NCBI RefSeq assembly: GCF_001194135.2
Contig: NC_068981.1
Location: 27,054,200 to 27,118,199 of the forward strand
From: Octopus bimaculoides
Lineage: Eukaryota
Length of the DNA: 64,000 bases
Direction of reading: 5' to 3'
Shown: positions 1-12,266 of the stretch, piece after piece
Layout of the letters: every line of letters starts with the position of its first letter
Numbering within the stretch: position 1 is the stretch's first letter
The notes under the pieces: generated by a model
What the model saw: the letters and a program-made list of their open reading frames with translations, nothing else
What the model was told of the DNA's origin: nothing
Database searches by the model: none
Made by a program: the position numbers and the translations under genes

Positions 1-210
1 AAAGACAATATAATGTATGGGTATATTTATTTTTTTATATATTATTGTTTTATATATTATTTTCTTCATTTTGTACTTTTTTGTACTTCTTTGTAAAAAA
101 ACATGTTCATTCTCCTTCTTGATAATTTGCTTCATCGCAATGAAAACCGGTTAGAATAAATCTTAATTAAATTATGCTCCCAGTTCAGCATTCTGGCTTT
201 TTAACATTTT

Positions 211-222
<12 letters not shown>
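1..222 (+). mobile_element. 3' end of a PLE-type element (T-rich UTR, degenerate hammerhead, ends ...TTTTCC at a (TA)n tract)
   Basis: T-rich 1-115, then HHR-shaped motif at 116-156, then termination into (TA)n at about 223-246. Confidence 0.4.
116..156 (+). ncRNA. Degenerate minimal type I hammerhead ribozyme
   Basis: ttc-TTGATAA-t-ttgc(ttcatc)gcaa-t-GAAA-A-CCGG-T-TA-gaa. Stems I and II pair and stem III is the palindrome AACCGGTT. The core has two substitutions relative to CTGATGA. Confidence 0.5.
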
Positions 223-245
<23 letters not shown>

Positions 246-249
<4 letters not shown>

Positions 250-375
250 GGAATTAAAAAAAAAAACAAATGCTGAAGACAGGTGTGTAAACATCAAAAA
301 GGTGTATTAGTTTAACGCTCTGAAAGGTGAGAAATCTTTTACGGTTCGAGCCTACGCTCTTCAACCGAAAGGAAC
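246..375 (-). mobile_element. Short interspersed repeat with hammerhead-like motif (copy 1; copy 2 at 41160-41310)
   Basis: Shares GAAGACAGGT..GT..AC..CAAA..GATGTAT.AG.TTAACGCTC and TCGAGCCTACGC.CTTC with 41160-41310. The minus strand 336-371 reads cttt-CGGTTGA-a-gagc(gtag)gctc-GAACC-GTA-aaag. Confidence 0.55.
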
Positions 376-654
376 ATATCGCTTATGAATAATGATACTA
401 ATACTCTGATGTTAGAATTCAATATCTCATTATACATGTTCCTGAAGAGAGACGGTGGCCGTGAACAAAGCGTTATAAGAAATTCCGGAATGAACTTCAT
501 TGGCTTACAGTTGTTTCTGCTAAGACATGTCATACACTCATAGTTGAGTGCTTATGTATTAACCTATTACTTGGTCGGAGCTTCAAAAATGAAGAGCAAT
601 ATGTATACAAATGTATATACATAAGCATTACCATTAAGAAATATCTAAAACTAT

Positions 655-850
<196 letters not shown>

Positions 851-904
851 TGTATTGTTGATATTATGTTAAACTGTCGTGTAACCAAATTTGGCCAAAT
901 GCGT

Positions 905-1290
905 TTTTTCAATATTTATTTTTACATGCAATAGCCGCAAACATAGTGTAGGTAAAAATGTACCGGAGTCTTTAGACATCTCTCAAGTCACAACAATGAC
1001 CTCAGACTGATAATACTTTCGTTAAGATGTGCGCTCTACCCAATAAGGCTGCTTGCATGAGATTTCCAGTTACCATAAGAAGTTTCAGTGGGATTGAGCC
1101 CAACACTCCGATTACTACTGGTATCACTTCTACGTTACCCTCTCGCATTCCATAGGCTTGCCATTTCCACTTTCAATTCGGAGTAGTTGGTGATTATTTG
1201 AATCCCTTTATTCACAGCATGCATGTCATTTGGTATGGCTACATCAATGACCTGGCAGTATTTGTCCCAGGGTATCGTTCCATTTCCATC
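905..1290 (-). mobile_element. R4/Dong-clade non-LTR retrotransposon 3' fragment (RLE domain end plus 3' UTR)
   Basis: Manual minus-strand translation: CQVIDVAIPND...YSELKVEMASLW..VEVIPVVIGVLGSIP...AALLGRAHILTKVL*, typical of the RLE C-terminus; frameshifted. Confidence 0.7.
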
Positions 1291-1338
1291 GTCCTGTGTT
1301 TGTGTGTGCATGCGTGCGTGTGTATATGTCTGTGCGTA

Positions 1339-1369
<31 letters not shown>

Positions 1370-1413
1370 TGTCTTCGCAATGTTGAAAACACGAGCAGCC
1401 ACGTACATTATCA

Positions 1414-1415
1414 TG

Positions 1416-1484
<69 letters not shown>
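1414..1484. repeat. (ATT)n microsatellite
   Basis: Directly visible trinucleotide run. Confidence 0.95.
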
Positions 1485-1485
<1 letters not shown>

Positions 1486-1913
1486 CTTTATTTGCCACCT
1501 GAGTGAAGGATGACGGTGCAATACAAAGACAAACGTCAGGTATGGGGATTTNNNNNNNNNNNNNNNNNNNNNNNNNNNNNNNNNNNNNNNNNNNNNNNNN
1601 NNNNNNNNNNNNNNNNNNNNNNNNNNNNNNNNNNNNNNNNNNNNNNNNNNNNNNNNNNNNNNNNNNNNNNNNNNNNNNNNNNNNNNNNNNNNNNNNNNNN
1701 NNNNNNNNNNNNNNNNNNNNNNNNNNNNNNNNNNNNNNNNNNNNNNNNNNNNNNNNNNNNNNNNNNNNNNNNNNNNNNNNNNNNNNNNNNNNNNNNNNNN
1801 NNNNNNNNNNNNNNNNNNNNNNNNNNNNNNNNNNNNNNNNNNNNNNNNNNNAAGCAGGAATTGGAAGATGTTATTTTCTGCACGACTGCCCGTGCTGTCA
1901 ACATTGCGAGGGT

Positions 1914-1978
<65 letters not shown>

Positions 1979-2254
1979 TTACACAAACACGCACGCATAC
2001 ACACACACATGCATATACAAAAATACCGCTTTTGCGTTTTATTATACTATCTTATATTTGTGTCCCACATGGAATCGCGGCATAGAATTAAAATTATACG
2101 TGTATTTATGTACGCAGATGTACATCTTCGCAGACGAGTGTATGTATATGTAATATGTCTGTGTTTATGTGTGTCCGTATATTTGTGTGTGGGCGTGTGT
2201 GTGTACACACACGCACACAAACACATATATATGATAAACATACATGCATGTGAG

Positions 2255-2316
<62 letters not shown>

Positions 2317-2624
2317 CCATGGAACAAATTTGTAAATTTTTCTTATGTTATTCTGTACTTTATACTGTATTTCCTTTTGTTTCATACTTCATGTACATGT
2401 ATTTCTACGTGGCTTGTTTTATCTCCATTACTTCCTCTGTATCAACTTGATTTGGATTTCTCCGATACCAATTTTTGACGGTCAAGGAATTCGGAGTTTA
2501 AGTTTAAATCCTTTTGAGCATTATTATGCATTTTCGGAGAATACCCATTTCTCATCTACTGTCTCTAAATATATATTTTTCTATAATATCAATCTTTAAT
2601 TTTCATTTTACTTCTTTCATTTAG

Positions 2625-2709
2625 TTGACTGCAAACATGTTGGTGCACCGCATTCAGGGGGAATACTTATTGTATCATTCTCTATGGCTGAAATGCTACT
2701 GACAGGAAT
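2625..2709 (+). CDS. Candidate internal exon of an unidentified gene (xDCKHVGAPHSGGILIVSFSMAEMLLTGx)
   Basis: Strong acceptor TTTTCATTTTACTTCTTTCATTTAG, donor GTAAGC, only one of three frames open, hydrophobic peptide. No homology recognised. Confidence 0.35.
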
Positions 2710-3409
2710 GTAAGCAAAAGAACACCGGTTGCCATACATTGGGTGGGAAGCATATGCACAATAAAAGAAAAACAGATACACGCAAACACATACTGATATA
2801 TACATGCATACACATTTACATATGCATACACGATACTTTTAAACACTTTTCCTCTGACAAATTCAATCTCAAAGCTGTGGTCGACCCGGGACTGTAGTAA
2901 AAGACACGTTGCCAAAATGCTGTGCGATGGCGTTTAACACGAAATCGGATGACTGAAACGTGAGGATAAGAAAAATATAGCTAAACGAAGGGAACCTTTA
3001 GGAGGCGAAGTAAACACATTTATTTAAACCACTTCGGTGAAATAGTACCTCGTTCGATCATAAAATGCTGTTTCTGCCATTTCCATGTGAATATAGACTC
3101 ATGGGGTGCTAAGATACCGAACGCTGATAAATGAGTTATGTGTGCCTAGTCAACCTGTAGTGCCCATTTCAACACAGGAGGACCAATCCACAGGTTATTT
3201 AATAGTGTGCAGCATCGCTCAATATCATGGGTCCACTTAAGCAAATAAATAGTAGGGAAATTTCATACTGGAAACTGGTGGGTTCAAGAAAAAAACATTG
3301 TAAAATTCTCTAAAGTAAACTTAGTTCGAATTAAATTATTTCGAAGGAACCAAATTACTAGTGAACAAAACGTGCTGGTAATTATAATCTAGTGGAAGTC
3401 AATAAAAAC

Positions 3410-3477
3410 TCTACTATAGCCTGAGGAAGAACAAAGCCTTTTGGGTGACTTGGTAGACGGAAACTGGGAGAAGCTCG

Positions 3478-3514
<37 letters not shown>

Positions 3515-3717
3515 TGTGTCTGTGTTTGTCCCCTATATCACTTACCCGATGCTGGTGTGTTTACGTCCGTGTAATCAGCGGTTCGGCAAAAGAGACCGAA
3601 AGAATAAGCACTAGGCTTACAAAGAATAAGTCTTAAGGTCGATTTGTTCGACTAAAATTGGTGCTCCAGCATGACCGCAGTCAGATGACTGAAACAAATA
3701 AAAGAATAAAAGAATAA
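3410..3717 (+). mobile_element. SINE family A, 5'-truncated, with internal (TG)n
   Basis: CTACTATAGCC..GGTAGACGGAAACTG..(TG)n..GCGGTTCGGCAAAAGAGACCGA..GGTGCTCCAGCATG..GACTGAAACAA-(TAAAAGAA)n tail; matches 37715-38188. Confidence 0.85.
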
Positions 3718-3787
3718 CTGAAATCATAGTTTACTAACCTGCAAGAGGAAAGCACAAAACTGTATTAGAAAACTGTAATAATAAAAA

Positions 3788-4035
3788 ATAAATGCGCCCT
3801 TTTTAAAGCCTAGCCAGGCTCATGCGCCCGGTTTCCCGGTTTCAATGGCGCATGTGTTCCCTGGCTAGAGGGGAACGCCAGTCCATCGCAGCGTTATTCA
3901 TTTTTGCCAGTTGAGAGGACAGGAGAAACGTGAAATGAAGTGCTTTGCTCAAGAACATAACGCGTCACCTGGTCCAGGAATCGAAACCACAATCTTACGA
4001 TCATGATGCTGACACCCTAAAAACTCAGCCACGCG
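3788..4035 (-). mobile_element. tRNA-derived SINE (tRNA head, CORE-like block, V-domain-like block, TTTAAAAAGGGCGCAT tail)
   Basis: Minus strand has B-box GGTTTCGATTCC, then GTTCTTGAGCAAAGCACTTCA, GCTGCGATGGACTGGCGT, and the tail shared with 34617-34856 and 51845-52118. Confidence 0.8.
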
Positions 4036-4154
4036 CCTCCACTTTAGAAATCTATATATGAAAATATTTATAAAAGTTGGTTTCCAGAAGAATAAATTGC
4101 CGTGAACACAGATTATACATGATTTGTTAAGTCCTGATATTTAAAAAGAAAATT

Positions 4155-4368
4155 TAGGCGATTAGTTGAAAGAATAGTTAGCACGCCTGCCAATATGCTT
4201 AGTGGCATTTCGTCCATCATTAATTTATGACTTTAATTTCCTCCGCGATTGCATCTGCCTTTCTTCCTTTCGGGATCGATAAAATAAATATCAGTTGAGG
4301 ACGGAGGTTGATGAAATCGAAATGCATCCTGTTCTGCAATTGCTGACCGTGTGCCAAAATTTGAGAGG
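4155..4368 (+). mobile_element. SINE family B, diverged
   Basis: GTTAGCACGCC..ATGCTTAGTGGCATTTCGTCC..GCCTTTC.TCCTTTCGGGATCGATAAAATAA, homologous to 38747-38960. Confidence 0.7.
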
Positions 4369-5522
4369 GAAAATAACTTTTAAGACACTGTCAAAACTAT
4401 ATACAGGTGAATAGATATCCTAAACATTAAGGTCCAATACATTTCAGTGTATAATAAAAGTAACAGAGTCCTTTACGATGTGAGTGGTAACAAATTAGAT
4501 ATCAAGATCCTGCCATGTTTGAGCAATTCAGCTTTCATTTTTTTTCTTTTAAACTCATTCTGTAAAGCCATTCTCATGTTCTCGTACAAAACAGCGGATT
4601 CCGCACTAAGGCAGTTTAGAAACTGTGCTTAAATGGACAAGTATGTTGCCATAAAGATCAAGAAATTTTCGAGTGTGTTCAATTGCTTTCCTTAAAGTAA
4701 ATGCACTTGACCAGTAGAAAATATAGACACACATTCCACCATAGTAACAAAACTCGCAGCACACGCAGGCATACGTACATACATACATACATACATAATT
4801 ATACATGTATATACAACCANNNNNNNNNNNNNNNNNNNNNNNNNNNNNNNNNNNNNNNNNNNNNNNNNNNNNNNNNNNNNNNNNNNNNNNNNNNNNNNNN
4901 NNNNNNNNNNNNNNNNNNNNNNNNNNNNNNNNNNNNNNNNNATATATACATACATATATATATATACATAGACATATATTATATACTACTTATATACATT
5001 TTAATATACATACATATATATATGTATATATATATATATGTGTGTATATATATATAAAGATATGTATACATACACACAGAGGCACGCATGCACACGCGCG
5101 CGCGTGCACACACAGAAATACACACATGCACATATATGAGGTAGGGTAGCCAATGAAATACATTTAGATCATTTTTACAATTTATGCATTTTCTGTCCAC
5201 TATCATTAGCAATTTCAGTGATTAAACATGTGAGATTTTTGAAATTTTATAGTTTAATGGCTTTTGTCTATTGATATTTTGTCTAACATTAAATTTCATT
5301 GGCATTTTGAAGCGAGTCCTCCTGTTTTTTCTGTATTTTATATCTCGTTTTAGAGATCGGATATGTAATTAATTTTAGCAATTGTCTCATAAACATAACA
5401 ACCGCAGAGAGAATATCTCTGTAAAAAAATCTGAAATTATTTATTGCGAATCCATTATCAATTTGTTTGTATTATTTAGATTAGTAATATATTTAACAAG
5501 ATACAGTGTGAGTGTTTTTAAA

Positions 5523-5584
<62 letters not shown>

Positions 5585-5736
5585 CATATATATATGCACA
5601 CTTATATAAGAGCATATATAGTCATCCATTTATTACGCACACACACTAATATACACATACAACCACACACACATCAATAAATATATTCAGACATGATCAT
5701 GCATACGTGCCAATAGCAGATGAAAAGTACACACAC

Positions 5737-5793
<57 letters not shown>

Positions 5794-6159
5794 CACACAA
5801 ACTACTTATAAACGCGCATTCGCTCAGAAAGTTCATTAATATATTTGTTTAAACTTTATTCATTGGAGACATGGATATATTTATCATATATCATATAACT
5901 CAGACTCATTCCTGTATCTTTCAACTGTGCATCTGTCGATCTAGCAAACAAATGAGAATGTGAAACCTATGTAACCTCTCGATGCACCCAAAAATGTTGA
6001 CGATACATCTATTTTGTGGGAGACATGAGGCATGTCATCAACAACTGCACCAAAACGTCAGCAAGGTAGTATAGCGCAATGCGTCATGACGTTATTGCTA
6101 AAGCAGTAATATGACGTACATATGTGCTTCTGCGTATGAGCTCATGATGTAGATGTGCA

Positions 6160-6213
<54 letters not shown>

Positions 6214-6216
6214 ATA

Positions 6217-6424
6217 GAGTACTGAAAAGTATCTGGTTTGGGTTAAAAGAAAATGCAGTAGGAGCAATTAAATATGATTTTGTTCAACTTATTCTCCTCT
6301 TAGATTCACTCAATCATTACAGCGGACCTTCTTTTTTTCTGAGCCCTGTAAAAATAACTCGGAGGTTTGGACTTCCAAGCAGGCCTCTTGCGATAACCTT
6401 AAAGCCTGGAATTTTTCAGCACAC
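6217..6424 (-). mobile_element. Mariner-derived MITE
   Basis: Imperfect TIRs GAGTACTGAAAAGTATCTGG and CCTGGAATTTTTCAGCACAC; the interior resembles a mariner transposase 3' end (..NLRGE.VE). Confidence 0.6.
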
Positions 6425-6464
6425 AAACATCCACATATATAATGTATATATGTATGTATGTATG

Positions 6465-6498
<34 letters not shown>

Positions 6499-6654
6499 TG
6501 TATTGACGGACGGGTGGATAGTGTTAAGGATGGATGAATTGATTGGAGAGCAAACAGGATAATACGTACATTTGTGTATATGACTAGCTATTCCAGTATC
6601 TATCCATCTGTCTGTCTAATGTATTAATATGCCTACCTAGCTATCTGTCTTATT

Positions 6655-6669
6655 CTCTATCTATATTTA

Positions 6670-6713
<44 letters not shown>

Positions 6714-6727
6714 CATCTATCTATCTG

Positions 6728-6780
<53 letters not shown>

Positions 6781-6788
6781 TTATCTAT

Positions 6789-6863
<75 letters not shown>

Positions 6864-6960
6864 CTGTCTGGCTGCCTCTCTCTCTCTCTCTCTTCCTCTC
6901 TCTATCTATCTATCTAGCTAGCTAGCTAGATATGTATGCATGTGTGTATGTATGTATGTA
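6655..6960. repeat. Compound (CTAT)n/(CT)n/(AT)n/(TATG)n microsatellite
   Basis: Directly visible. Confidence 0.95.
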
Positions 6961-6974
6961 TGCATAATTACGTT

Positions 6975-9130
6975 AACTCCTTTCAAACTAAGATAAAATC
7001 TGATATTAGAAACTTTAGATGTTCGTATTTAGATGCTCGTATTTTCACATAAGACGAAGTTACAAATGACCTATAAGATAACTTGCTAAATGACTCCATT
7101 TCCACTTGGTATAAGAAAGCTAACATAGACACATACAATGATATTGATGATGAGGCTAAATTCTTTGCTAAGCATAGTAAAATCGACGTCAGATTAGAAA
7201 GCCTAACTAAAAGGGACGCTTTTATAACCTTAAAAGTCTGTAAAACTTAATTTTCGTAAGAAACCTATTTCTCAGTTGTTAAACCCAGCGATGAGTAAAA
7301 TCGGGCTTGTAGCTGAAAAAGAATTCTAAGAAACATTAAATGATAAAATTAGAGAGACCAGTAGACTACAACAACCATTTTTACTATAACAGATTGGTTA
7401 TTAAGAATAAGCATAAGGATAGAATTACTGAGTTCTACATGTTCGGTTAGATTGTTATACCTTCATATCGTAATCAATGCTTGTTAAAGTCATCGGCGTT
7501 GCTAAATCATGTTGGGATAGACCCTGTAGACCTGGACTTTATGATGCATGTCTGGAAAACACTACTGTTTAGTAAGGGTTCAGCATGGGTAAAAAAATGT
7601 CGGATATTGATGAATTGTGCGATGTATCATTGGGATCCTGCGATGGTGTTGAGTCTATTATGCTGTGAGTTTTTTGTATTAAATGCATTGAGATCAAAAG
7701 TACCCATTTCACGACGTTGGTGCATACACAGACGACGGATTGTGTATTTCACACTGCTGCGATGGTCACATTCTAGATAGATTTAGAAGACAACTTATTC
7801 TAACTTTAGTCAATTAAGCCTTTAAAATCACAGCCGCTGCTAATATCTCTAAACTTCATTGTTTAGATGTTTCCCTAAACTTGAACACTTCCTCTGATAA
7901 ACCATTCGATAAGCTTTGCTGGAAACTTTCCTACATACATAAACTTTCTTGTCACCAGGCTGAACTATTTCAAAATCTGATTGCTAACGTTAGTAACAAG
8001 AGTTTCTAACCTCCCTTTCTTTAAAGAAATTTTCGAGAAGGCAGACCCAGACTGCAACAATGCCCTAGACAATGGTAGCTTTACAGATAAATGAATATAT
8101 AACTATTCTAATATTTATAGGAATAGTAACAATGCACCTAAAATAGACCTGGGAAAATAAATTTGTTTGCTCCGCCTTACTTTTAACTTAATGGGAAAAT
8201 TGACATAGGTAAAGGATTCCTGTCTCCTAGACAAATATTTTCCAGAAAATCACAGGTATAGGAAAATATTCAACAGGCACTCGGTGAAATTATCATATAG
8301 CTGCTGCCCGAATATGAAAAGCATCATTACACGAGAACAATACTAAGTGCCCACTCCCAGAAACCTGTCCACTCGACCATGAATGTATGATTAAATCCGT
8401 CATATATGGGGCAGAATGTACAGAAGCGATAGAAGATAACCCAACCGATAAGAAGAGCTGTATCAATCTTTGTTAAAATGAATTTAAAAATCGCTATGCT
8501 AATCGCATATCTTCCTTTCGACACAGGGACATGAGTAAAGCTTACTAAGCTGGCTAGCTATGTGTGGGGTTTGAAGTCGAGTTCCACACCACATACCATC
8601 AAGTGGAAATTAGTCGAAAAATCCATGGCATATGTTAACGGAACAAAAATTGTAAGCTATGTGTAGCTGAAAGGACTCAGATCCTTTTCATATCTAAGAT
8701 CTCTAACATAATACTGAATTCTAGATCCGAAATTGTCTGCGGTTGTAACCATATGGCTCAAGTTTCTGTTGATGAATTGGAAAGTACCACCATCTGCGGA
8801 GTGAACTGCTGTACCATAGAATCTAAGCCACTATATTTTCAGTCTTATATTTTACAGCCAAAGGGGAAATAAGTCTAACCCCCAACCAACCTTTTTCCTT
8901 CTTTCCGTTTTCTTTTTCGTTTTCTGTTTTTTCAACATTTCACCTTTTATATATATTTCTTTCGCGCCTTTTATCAGTTTTCCCCTGTCTTCCCATTTTT
9001 AGATTGTTATGATATGTGGGTAGTGCATGAAAATTGCGCTGAGACACCAGACGTGTTAAGAATGCTGTCTGGCATGCTTTCATCGCATGAAACTAATAGT
9101 AGCACATTAAAACATACATTGTGCTCATTA
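6975..9130 (+). mobile_element. Decayed Penelope-like retroelement, Naiad-type: RT, C-terminal GIY-YIG endonuclease and 3' UTR with hammerhead
   Basis: Frameshifted translation: AFITLK..LLNPAMSKIGLV..DVSLGSCDG..YTDDGL..CLDVSLNL..YFPENHRYRKIFNRHSVKLSYSCCPNMKSII..CPLDHEC..EFKNRYAN..TKLASYVWGLK..IKWK..CKLCVAE..LNSRSEIVCGCNH. Motif order fits the Naiad clade as I recall it. Confidence 0.85.
9023..9105 (+). ncRNA. Degenerate type I hammerhead with long stem II in PLE 3' UTR
   Basis: gtgc-ATGAAAA-t-tgcg[..ccagac..gtctgg..]cgca-t-GAAAC-TAATA-GTA-gcac. All three stems pair; the core has two substitutions relative to CTGANGA. Confidence 0.6.
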
Positions 9131-9136
9131 AATAAT

Positions 9137-9150
9137 GTGTGTGTGTGTGT

Positions 9151-9234
<84 letters not shown>
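9137..9234. repeat. (TG)n microsatellite
   Basis: Directly visible. Confidence 0.95.
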
Positions 9235-9236
<2 letters not shown>

Positions 9237-11611
9237 ATGCATAAATAGATAGATAGGTAAAAAATTTTCAAACGGGTATTTTTTAATGTTTGAAGTTAGA
9301 GATACGCGTGAGATATATCTGTGTTTGATATGAAGGTAGATAAACGGTTAGAAACAACAATATACAGATATAAAGGCGATGTTCGAACCTGAATGATGAT
9401 CGAGATATTATGTCAGAATAAATGTCAGGTTGTGTAGCAATAAAAAGAAAACAGATCTCTTTCTTGAACAATAAGAATAGTTTCTTTTTCTTTGTTAGCT
9501 TTCAGAATAATAGAAAACATAGAGGTAAAAAATATTCATATTCAGGTAGCGGATATTTTTTAAAGAAAAATGTAACATTGAAATTTCCATAAATGTCGGA
9601 TCTATCGGGTGAAAGACTGTGCTTGTTTCCTTTGAAGTTGTAGTACAATCAAACACAATAAATACGACTGGTGCATGCAATCCTATTGTATAGTTCGCAT
9701 TGATATTACAATCCGCAGCATGGAAGTTAAATCGTTTGAATGAGTTTAAGATGTAAAGTTTGAATACGGAAAGTTTTCCTAGTAGAGCTTACATAGGATT
9801 CTGTGCAATTATATTGTAGCTCTTAAGATCATAATTTCAATAGCATCATAATAATATGAAATAGGAATAATTTTACAGAAACTATACGCCTTTATTATTA
9901 CATCATTGGAATAAGCTAAAGAAATACAGAAATAATGTAGGTAAAATTAATGGAGAAAAAATAAGCTTGTGTTGTATAACAGCAGGAAAGCTAATGTTTC
10001 AATAGGTTTGCCATTTAATTCAAGAATTATTCTGTGTGGCAACTTTTGTCTGTAGACAACAGGTGTTGTTTTATTGTTAATCAAATTTAGATATTGTTGT
10101 TGATCAAAATATCTCTTGTATAACGAATTTGTAACTTACAACAATCTTATCGGTTACAGCATATCGATTTATTGAAAATGTTAAATAGTTCGATGCATAT
10201 TGTAAGAGTAAATTGTTATATATCGAAATATATCAGAGTTATAAACAAACTTGCTCTCAATCATCGAAACCTGGAGTTATAGAGCTACTAATAAATTAAA
10301 TTGGATAACCTAAATCATTATAATATAATACAGTGTGTCTTTGTAAATATCATTTCTGTGTCACTTATCGATATTTGACAACGTTGGGGATATTTATTTA
10401 ATTAAACCGAGAAAATAATCTGACATGATTTAATTAAACTATTTGCACTAACAAATTAATTATCCTCTTCCGGTACATATCCAGTTGCCTTTCAGCTAAA
10501 TCAGAGATAAAGTTTAACCCAATGAACATTTAAGAGTGATATACCTTTCAATATATCAGACACAGTATAAAAGTACTTCGGTGGATCACCCTTCTGTTTT
10601 AATTACCTCATATTGGCAATATATTGTAGTAAGAAGAATATTAATAACGAAATATTTTTTTTAATGTATTTATGTGTGTACATCATATGCAGGTGTTGGA
10701 ATGAACGTGTATTTAAAAGTTTGATCCCAATTCCTGCTGTACCACGTCGATCCGGGTTCGTATCATCTGTTTGTGTGTGTTGTAAAAAAGCCTTACTATG
10801 ATCTAAGCCTTGTGGCGGAAATTCAGTTTTAATGCAACTGCTCTGCTTGACGATTACATTAAAGACGTGTCTATGGAATTATCAGTAAATTCATATAACA
10901 CTATAAATATAACACAGAAATTATCAAAAAATTCAAATATGTAGCACTCAAACGCGATGCCGGTTGTATGTAGGTAACTATGAATATATATATGCATATA
11001 GATACACACACACTAACACACACATGCACACACGTACACGCACACAAGTACATGCATATATATGTGTATGTACTGCATGTATTTATTTATGTACGTATGT
11101 GTTTATGCATGCGTGTATGCATTTAGGCTCTATGTACATATATTTAAATATGTGTATGGTGCCCATTTACTTGTTATGCATTCTCGCGCGCAAAAGTAAA
11201 AAAAAAAGTATTCACAGATACATATGAATTATCTTTTAAGAGGCGAGATCAACCAAGGTGATTGAAATACCGAAATTTTCAAACACATTCCTTGTGTTAG
11301 TCTTGTAACTTTCTGTTCATTAAATCCATGATAATGAAATAAATGTACTCGTATACGGAGTCCTAGTTACCTTGTTAGTTCTACCAATCCACTGTGTGTG
11401 TGTACATGTGCGCATGTGTATGTGTATATGTGTGTGTTTGTGTATGGTATATATATGATATGATATATNNNNNNNNNNNNNNNNNNNNNNNNNNNNNNNN
11501 NNNNNNNNNNNNNNNNNNNNNNNNNNNNNNNNNNNNNNNNNNNNNNNNNNNNNNNNNNNNNNNNNNNNNNNNNNNNNNNNNNNNNNNNNNNNNNNNNNNN
11601 NNNNNNNNNAT

Positions 11612-11643
<32 letters not shown>

Positions 11644-12266
11644 CCATATATGTATGCATGCATCTCTCCATATATGTATATCCATGTATACATTCATCGT
11701 TGCATATATGTGTGTTTGTTTATATATAAATATGTATGTATGTGATTTGTGGGTTCGTGTATGTGGTATGTTTGCCAATTTTTGCATTTCAAAATTATTT
11801 AATACATATGCAATACGGATTCATATCCCGAGAGTCAGTAAACATGTCAATGTTTTGAATATTTTATCCTGCCATATGAACAACTAAACGAATGATCACA
11901 CGTGTGTAGAATGTAAATAATAGTGAGAGAAGAAGAAGAAATAAGCAAACTACAATGTTGACTGCGAGATGAATAATCGCATATTTAAAAATTCTAAATA
12001 TAAATGATAAATATATTGTCGAAACTAAATTGTCTCTAATGCAGTATAAAAAAAAACAAAAAACTGCTGAGCAAATTTATACTAACACAATCAGGAGAGG
12101 TCTACACCGCCAGCTCGGCCAGAGCTGTTCAGGTATTTGACAACGAAGTCCCTGCGTGCTCAATCACCTTTTAGAAAGTGTAACGGACTCGTTAGAACTG
12201 TACGCACGACAAATTTAATGAAGACAATTTGTGTATAGTTCTGCAAATTATATTGATTTTAGAACG

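Noticed and set aside
2995-3055. Possible hammerhead GAGG..GGTGAAATAGTACCTC
   Set aside because: The core and stem II cannot be drawn without several changes.
9000-9050. Possible SECIS element in the Naiad 3' UTR
   Set aside because: ATGA/AAA/GA spacing and helix II do not fit; the region is better explained as a hammerhead.
12095-12132. 38-nt micro-exon with TACTAAC branch point and CAG/GTATTT donor
   Set aside because: There is no polypyrimidine tract, all three frames are open (uninformative), and it lies within the probable hammerhead-host element.
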